Assembly (NCBI GenBank): GCA_050010755.1 | Contig: JBEKKK010000003.1 | Span: 1-64,000, forward strand | DNA length: 64,000 bases | DNA from: Candidatus Bathyarchaeia archaeon | GTDB taxonomy: Archaea; Thermoproteota; Bathyarchaeia; Bathyarchaeales; Bathycorpusculaceae | Reading direction: 5' to 3' | Shown: one piece after another, positions 57,940 to 64,000 of the stretch | Position numbering within the stretch: the stretch's first letter is position 1 | Layout: the number at the start of each line of letters is the position of its first letter | Notes under the pieces: generated by a model | Databases searched by the model: none | The model's input: only the letters and a program-made list of their open reading frames with translations | Told to the model about the DNA's origin: nothing | Translations under genes and position numbers: made by a program

Positions 57940-59432
57940 GCATGGACTTTTCAGAGGCCCCTCTAAACGAACCACAAGAAATAGGCTTAGTAGCGCGCGC
58001 TAGGAGAATGAGAAAAGCGATTGCAGGAATGCTCGCAACATTTATTTTTACAAGCATCTTTCTGTTGTATACGCCTAGGGTCAGAGCTCAAACTTCGGAA
58101 GAGGTCGTGCGCGCGCTTTTCGAGGATTCTCAGCCGCCCCGTATACGTGGATCAACGCAGGCAGCAACTATGTCAGCTATCAAGTTTGTTAGAACAAGGA
58201 TGAAGGCCGAAAGGATTGTGAACCCAATAATGAAGGGAATGTCCAAGTTCTCTGTAGCACGCGCAACCTGTTCCCCCAAGCCTCCGAAGCCGAAAACGGT
58301 CTCCGCGATAATGAGTCCAGTCAGAAGCCCCGCCACTAACATCCCGGAGAGATTTGCAACAGGGATGAGCGCGTTTCTTCGTGCATGTTTGTAGATGACA
58401 ACTTGTTCGCTGAGACCTTTGGCCCTTGCCATCATTATGTAGGGTTTGCTCATCGTTTCAAGCATGGAAGACCGCATAGCTCTTGTCAGCAGCGCAACAC
58501 CGATGATAACAACCGTGACCACTGGCAGAACACAATGCCAAAGCGCGTCAAGTGTCAGGTACGGTTGACCGTTTAATACTCCGTCAAACAGGTCTACCCC
58601 CGTATAATGCACGTAATGGTTCTTGGGCATCATCGTGAAGACAAACCAAGCGTGCGTCAACGAACCCGAATAGGGGAACCAGTGTAGAATGCCCGAGAAC
58701 GCTGCTAGAAGCAACATTCCAACGAAGAATGAGGGAAGCGACCATGCGACGATTGATAGGAGTCTCGACGCTTGGTCAATCGGTCCGTTCTTGTGAATCG
58801 CCGCTTGAACTCCCAGATATATCCCTATGAAGATAATCAGAGGAGCGGCGAAAAGCACTAATTCGAACGTGAAAGGCCACTTGGTCGCAATCACTTGCGC
58901 AACGGGCTCATTGGCGCTGACGGACCAGCCGAGATTTCCTTGGAACACCTGAAACAACCAATGTATGTACTGAATGTAAACAGGATCGCTAAGCCCATAT
59001 TTCGCAATCGCCGATTGAATGAGGTTGAATGCGTGAGTTTCGCCGTGTATGTAGAAAAGAGCTCTCTGCTCCAGAGGAAAAAGCATGATGATCGCAAAAA
59101 CCACAAGGGAAACGCCGAACAACACAAAAACAAGCAATAGGAGCCTTCTCACGACATATGCTACGAGGCTTGTCATCTTCACACCTCACGACATATATAG
59201 CGCGGGCGCGCGTTTTTTCCAGCAAGAACCATTTTCATGCTACCTACAGAATCAATATGTCATCCACGACTTAATGCCACGCATCAGAACAACCTGTTCT
59301 AAAACTAGTACAGCGCTCTTTACGGCTGATGTCTACCTGGCCTGTTCTCGTAACGCGCGCTAGAGAACTAGAACACAAGCTAGGCATAGACTTTTCAGAG
59401 GGTCCCTGAACGAACCACAAAGAATAGGTTTA
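57940..59432. repeat. ~50-bp imperfect direct repeats (57940-57989, 59384-59432) flanking the ABC permease gene
   Basis: GCAT.GACTTTTCAGAGG..AACGAACCACAA..AATAGG.TTA. Confidence 0.75.
58130..59182 (-). CDS. Peptide/nickel ABC transporter permease (OppB/DppB family)
   Basis: YVVRRLL, GNLGWS, ARAKGLS..HARRNA, ETVFG..GLG, DPRIR. Confidence 0.92.
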   Translation of the reverse strand: MKMTSLVAYVVRRLLLLVFVLFGVSLVVFAIIMLFPLEQRALFYIHGETHAFNLIQSAIAKYGLSDPVYIQYIHWLFQVFQGNLGWSVSANEPVAQVIATKWPFTFELVLFAAPLIIFIGIYLGVQAAIHKNGPIDQASRLLSIVAWSLPSFFVGMLLLAAFSGILHWFPYSGSLTHAWFVFTMMPKNHYVHYTGVDLFDGVLNGQPYLTLDALWHCVLPVVTVVIIGVALLTRAMRSSMLETMSKPYIMMARAKGLSEQVVIYKHARRNALIPVANLSGMLVAGLLTGLIIAETVFGFGGLGEQVARATENLDIPFIIGFTILSAFILVLTNLIADIVAACVDPRIRGG

Positions 59433-59562
59433 TGAACTTCAGGGTTTCTGACTGTAGAGAAAAGGAAGATTAAGAAAGATGTCTATTATTTTGCAAGCCT
59501 ATAGGTTAAGGTTATTCGCCTAAAAGAGCTTTTCATACCTTTGATAAGGAAACAACCGGATC

Positions 59563-60807
59563 ATGCACAACGAGGATTTACCATCGGATTATCCAACAGA
59601 AACAATCGAAGAAGGCAACGTGAAAGCCCTCGTCCCGAAGCTTGAAGCGTTTGTGAAGCTGCCCTCCGACTACGCGCCTTCAAAAGCGCCCGTTTTCTAT
59701 AACCCAGTTATGGAACTGAACCGTGACGTAGCGGTCTTAGCTCTGCAGGCCTATCAACGAACGGTCTGCCATGAAATCGCAGTGTGTGAACCCCTAACCG
59801 GCTGCGGGCTCAGAGGAATTCGTTTTGCAGCCGAGGTGAAGGGCGTCAAGAAGGTGGTGATGAACGACATCAGCGAAAAAGCGTTTCATCTCGCCAGCTT
59901 CAACGTGCAGTCAAATAGGCTGGCAAGAAGGGCAACCGTGAAAAATGAGGAAGCAAACCTTCTCCTGAGCCGCTACAGCGCGCCTCACAGACGGTTCGAC
60001 GCCATCGACATTGATCCCTTCGGCTCCCCAGTTCGTTTCCTAGATTCTGCCGTCCGAGCCTTGCGTGACGGAGGCTTCATCGCCCTGACCGCAACAGACA
60101 TGGCTCCTCTATGCGGAGTTCACCCGAGGGCTTGCATAAGAAAATACGGTGGAAGACCCCTGAGAACAGAATACTGCCACGAACTGGCCGTGAGACTCTT
60201 GGCCGGCTGCTTGGCCACGACAGCGGCAAAACAGGACATCGGCGTAAACGTGGTCTTCAGCCACCGAGCAGAACATTACGTCCGAACCTACGCGACAATA
60301 AAATACGGCGCCAAAAACGCTGACGAAAGCATCAAAAACATGGGATACCTGCTACACTGCTTCAACTGTTTCCACAGAGAAAAAGAGAGCACGTTCAAGG
60401 TTCAACGTCCCGACAAATGTAGCGAATGCGGCTCAAAACTCAACATTGCGGGACCACTATGGCTCGGCAGACTATATGATTCGCAATTCATTGAACTCAT
60501 GGAAAAAGAAGCCAACAACCGCAAACTCGGGTCTCAAAGAAAAGTACGGGAAATGCTCAGCATCAGCAAAACCGAAGTCGAAGCCCCAATCACCTATTAC
60601 GTGGTAGACAGGCTTTGCGATTCCTTGAACCTTCCCGTCCCATCAGTCAAAAAAGTGATTGAAGCGCTAAACAAAAAAGGCTTTCAAGCCTATCCAACAC
60701 ACTTCAACACGCGTGGAATAAGGACAGATGCGCCAGCTTCCACATTAAGAGAAACCCTGCCCTCGTTGGTGAGACAAAACATCGACAAGAATCGAGCTCG
60801 ACCATAG
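59563..60807 (+). CDS. trm1: tRNA (guanine26-N2)-dimethyltransferase
   Basis: VFYNPVMELNRD, GLRGIR, DIDPFGSP, TATD, GPLWLG. Confidence 0.95.
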   Translation: MHNEDLPSDYPTETIEEGNVKALVPKLEAFVKLPSDYAPSKAPVFYNPVMELNRDVAVLALQAYQRTVCHEIAVCEPLTGCGLRGIRFAAEVKGVKKVVMNDISEKAFHLASFNVQSNRLARRATVKNEEANLLLSRYSAPHRRFDAIDIDPFGSPVRFLDSAVRALRDGGFIALTATDMAPLCGVHPRACIRKYGGRPLRTEYCHELAVRLLAGCLATTAAKQDIGVNVVFSHRAEHYVRTYATIKYGAKNADESIKNMGYLLHCFNCFHREKESTFKVQRPDKCSECGSKLNIAGPLWLGRLYDSQFIELMEKEANNRKLGSQRKVREMLSISKTEVEAPITYYVVDRLCDSLNLPVPSVKKVIEALNKKGFQAYPTHFNTRGIRTDAPASTLRETLPSLVRQNIDKNRARP

Positions 60808-60934
60808 GTGCAGCGCCCGTCGGGGGTTCAGCCTCTTCCGGTTTCCGTGGCGAAATTATGCTTGAATAAGATGGGAACTCAAGTTTATCAGATTGGAATT
60901 CTTTATACCTGTAAACATGAGTGTATCAGGAGAA

Positions 60935-61726
60935 ATGAAAGTTTCCGAAATATGGAATGCATCTGACATCGACTTTGTCTTCCCGAATGGCTTCTCATTC
61001 TTTGAACCTTATCTTCAATATTTCGTCAAGGAAGTTCTTGAGATAGGCGGTGAGGCTTATGTATCCAGAACTTCCGCTGGAGCTGTTTCAGGCTTATTCA
61101 CGTACGACGACTCTGAGAAGGTCGGAACAGTCTACACAAGGTCAAGGGAAGTATTTGACTATTTTTACGAATCAAAGCCGTTTAATTTCCTCTTCGCAGA
61201 GATCGGAACTGAGCTCGAAAGTGAAACCTATGATATCTACAACGTATATCTTGAGAATCTCGCCGTCGTTCACAGGTTCAGCTTCGAAATTTCCGTAGCG
61301 GAGGAGGAGCACATAGATGAGATAGAACGATTCATGGTCTTGACGCATCCTGGAATAAACAGGAGATGGGTGAAGGTTGCGCTTAAGAACGGAGACAGGT
61401 GCCTCCTCGTCAGATTGGGCAACGACATTGCCGGGCTGGGATGGCTTTCACTTGTGAATGGTATCGGAAGATTGCACTCGCTTTATGTGAAACCTCAATT
61501 CAGGAATATAGGCATAGGCGAAGACATCTTGTTCGCACGACTTTTCTGGCTCAAAGCAAAGCATGCCCGTTCAGCATTTTCTGAGATTTCTCGTTACAAC
61601 TTTCCATGCTCAACAATTGCAACCAAAAGTCAGATGAGCGTATCTGGACAGGTTTATCAATATTTTAAGAAGGCATCTAGACAGAAACAAGGAAATGAAA
61701 AGTTAGCAGACGAATCTATGTTCTAG
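60935..61726 (+). CDS. GNAT family acetyltransferase
   Basis: LHSLYVKPQFRNIGIG; ATG after AGGAG. Confidence 0.8.
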   Translation: MKVSEIWNASDIDFVFPNGFSFFEPYLQYFVKEVLEIGGEAYVSRTSAGAVSGLFTYDDSEKVGTVYTRSREVFDYFYESKPFNFLFAEIGTELESETYDIYNVYLENLAVVHRFSFEISVAEEEHIDEIERFMVLTHPGINRRWVKVALKNGDRCLLVRLGNDIAGLGWLSLVNGIGRLHSLYVKPQFRNIGIGEDILFARLFWLKAKHARSAFSEISRYNFPCSTIATKSQMSVSGQVYQYFKKASRQKQGNEKLADESMF

Positions 61727-62738
61727 GAGCTCCGCAGAAAGGACAGACTGCAGCAGTTGAGTCTATCAGTGCTCCGCAGTAACGGCACTTCACCTTCACG
61801 ACCTCCTTAATCACGATCTGCTGTACCGGCGGCTGCTTTGGATTCAAGTTGATATCCTCCGGCGGGGGACCTGGCGTGGGGTGATACTGCTGTTGGGAAG
61901 GATGTTCCGGAAGCTTTCTACTTCTTCTTAAAATTGCATAAATGATGATCGCAACGATCACGATGACTAGGACTATTGCGGCAATGTAACCAATGTATTG
62001 CGTTGGGAATGAAATCCCTCCAGGATTGCTAGTTGCCACCGTTGTCAGGGGATAGCTGGTTGAACTCACGTACAGGTTGTCGGTCAAGGTGAAACCGTCT
62101 CCCGAAGAATTGGTATCTTGTTCAACATAATAATATCCTATGATGTACCCTGTCGAGGTATCAAAGTAGGCATTCCAAGTATATGTTGCAGTGAATTGCC
62201 CGTATTCATCGTCTCGTTGATAGCTCGAGGCTCCCTGAGCAAAGATCGCACTCACTGTCCTATTCTGCGAAGCAAGGTAATAACTGTAATTGCTGGACGC
62301 GACTGTCATCTCAGTGTTCAGAAGTAAAAAGGTGCCACCCACCGGGATCGAGTCATTCATGTAGAACCAGACAGCCGGGTTAACATATCCCGTCTGGTCG
62401 TCAGTTCCGTTAACATAAAGGAAGGTACCTGATGAGAAAGTGAAATCTCCAGAAGAGCTATTAGTTTCCGTCGAGCCTGCGCTGTTGCTCCAGGTCCATG
62501 AGTAACTGTAGTTAGCAGATACGTTTCCATCTGCACTAACTCCATTCACCGTTTCCATTCCGTTAGTAATCGTCTGTTCGGCGTATCCAGTGTAAGAGCC
62601 GGTGCCGTTTCCAAGGCTCACAACCTCGTAATAGGCGAAATGGTCTCCCACCTGAGGAACATACCCTGCGACTGCGTACGCCGGCATGAGTGCTAGTGAG
62701 AGTGCTAGTACGACAACGAGAAACGATTTTGAGATCAG
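61716..62738 (-). CDS. Single-pass membrane protein with S/T/Y/N-rich ectodomain and cytoplasmic Zn ribbon; probable CTG start
   Basis: Signal peptide extends 17 codons upstream of ATG 62687; TM helix; CRYCG..CPFCG. Confidence 0.8.
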   Translation of the reverse strand: MISKSFLVVVLALSLALMPAYAVAGYVPQVGDHFAYYEVVSLGNGTGSYTGYAEQTITNGMETVNGVSADGNVSANYSYSWTWSNSAGSTETNSSSGDFTFSSGTFLYVNGTDDQTGYVNPAVWFYMNDSIPVGGTFLLLNTEMTVASSNYSYYLASQNRTVSAIFAQGASSYQRDDEYGQFTATYTWNAYFDTSTGYIIGYYYVEQDTNSSGDGFTLTDNLYVSSTSYPLTTVATSNPGGISFPTQYIGYIAAIVLVIVIVAIIIYAILRRSRKLPEHPSQQQYHPTPGPPPEDINLNPKQPPVQQIVIKEVVKVKCRYCGALIDSTAAVCPFCGAPRT

Positions 62739-63985
62739 CCCATGAAACCTCCAACGCCATGTACATGTGCGGGATGGACGCCGCCGATCCCGCTGAACGT
62801 TGAATAGTACGATGTGTGTGCGATAATCAGGGGTCCGTAATACAGGAAGAACAGGTTTGATGGGATATACGTGAATTGCACTGGAGTTTTCTCAATCTTC
62901 GCCGTTGGATCAAGGCTCTTGACAAGTTCGTTCTTGATTCCGTGAATCATTCTGACTGAAAGGCTTATCAGTTCGGAACGCTCCAGGCCTGTGGCATAAG
63001 ACCCGAGCAAGGAATAAGCTTTTTCCATCAGGTCAAGAGTCTCATTAGCCTCAAGGGTCGGTATTGAAGCAAGTATTGCACCTGCCACGACTGGATACTC
63101 CAGATAATTCTTGAGTGCGTCCAGAATAATAGTCATCTTGGTCTTCACATCATCTGGTCCCAAATCGGAAATTGATAGATAGGCGGAAGCAAGTTCAGTG
63201 TCCTCTGATTTCTCGTATCCCATTGAACTGAACAGTGATCTGAATGATTGGAACTTACCAGGCAGCTGGTCTGAGGAGTCATTAATTATGGACAGTATTG
63301 CGGCTGATTCATATGAAGAGGTCATTTTGGAAAATTCCACGAGTTTGTCAGTGGGATATGTGCCGTCAAATCTTCTTCCAAACATAATAATGGCGGCAAC
63401 ACCGGCCGATAGTTGCTTGGGAACTTTAGCGTCGTGCCTGACTTTTTTTTCAAGAGTTATCAAAGTCTCTGACAGACTCTGAAGATCAGAATTTGGCGAT
63501 TGAGAGGGATCCGCTCTGGATGAGGTCATGATTTCCGCTGCCATCATCTTGTTTTCGATGGTGGAACTGAAATGGTGAAGAACGGCAAGTGAAAGAAGGA
63601 ATCTTTGATTGATTTGATTCTGGTCGCCCTGAAGCTTCGCCAATCCTATTGACACGCTCCAGAGTTGAGAGGGATCAGTGTTCGGAAATTCGGTTCTGAT
63701 GTTGGATTCGTAAAAGCTGCCCCTCTCTGCTATAGATCGCAATTCGCCGGACGTCTCCTTGGACTCTTCAATGAAGTCCGAAAACTGGCTATCGGAGACC
63801 CTGTAGTTCCTGACATTGAGATCGTTCAGGGTAATTACCCCGAGACCAGTAAGTGCCAAATATCTCCCGTCATACTGCACCATCCTGTCAATCATGGATT
63901 TCTTCCCAACAAGCTCCTTTATCTTAGAGTCTATTCCGTCTATGTCAGCTTCTTCTTTGGAGACAACGTTCCTTTCGCTTTCCAC
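62735..63985 (-). CDS. Hypothetical helical protein (DUF4003-like); may extend beyond the window
   Basis: 416+ aa ORF, Gly-rich C-terminus, coupled to the downstream gene. Confidence 0.7.
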   Translation of the reverse strand: MESERNVVSKEEADIDGIDSKIKELVGKKSMIDRMVQYDGRYLALTGLGVITLNDLNVRNYRVSDSQFSDFIEESKETSGELRSIAERGSFYESNIRTEFPNTDPSQLWSVSIGLAKLQGDQNQINQRFLLSLAVLHHFSSTIENKMMAAEIMTSSRADPSQSPNSDLQSLSETLITLEKKVRHDAKVPKQLSAGVAAIIMFGRRFDGTYPTDKLVEFSKMTSSYESAAILSIINDSSDQLPGKFQSFRSLFSSMGYEKSEDTELASAYLSISDLGPDDVKTKMTIILDALKNYLEYPVVAGAILASIPTLEANETLDLMEKAYSLLGSYATGLERSELISLSVRMIHGIKNELVKSLDPTAKIEKTPVQFTYIPSNLFFLYYGPLIIAHTSYYSTFSGIGGVHPAHVHGVGGFMG

Positions 63986-64000
63986 AGTCTCAAGTTCAGC

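Overview
Archaeal chromosomal window. Nop5/fibrillarin, Trm1, a crenarchaeal-type SSB, RNase HII and TATA-type promoters make it archaeal; the overall style suggests Bathyarchaeia/Thermoproteota, which is an inference. Housekeeping blocks (malic enzyme, pyrG, 2-oxoacid/acetoin dehydrogenase E1 alpha/beta, ychF, uppS, htpX, ileS, pyrD/pyrK, nop5-flpA, rnhB, trm1, tRNA-Lys(CTT), tRNA-Ala(CGC)) are interrupted by two accessory regions. (1) A ~12.4 kb composite island at ~13.5-25.8 kb. It consists of a TPR-AAA+ ATPase module flanked by 27-bp direct repeats, plus a ~9.4 kb tyrosine-integrase element with no recognisable replicase or capsid. That element carries a duplicated promoter cassette and four predicted highly structured non-coding segments, one with a cUUCGg tetraloop. 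(2) A ~5.4 kb island at ~54.0-59.5 kb with nuclease-like and disrupted genes and an orphan ABC permease between ~50-bp direct repeats. A short TAGCGCGC(GC) motif repeatedly marks accessory-gene boundaries. No CRISPR array or rRNA was seen. All calls are by-eye motif recognition; no database searches were run.
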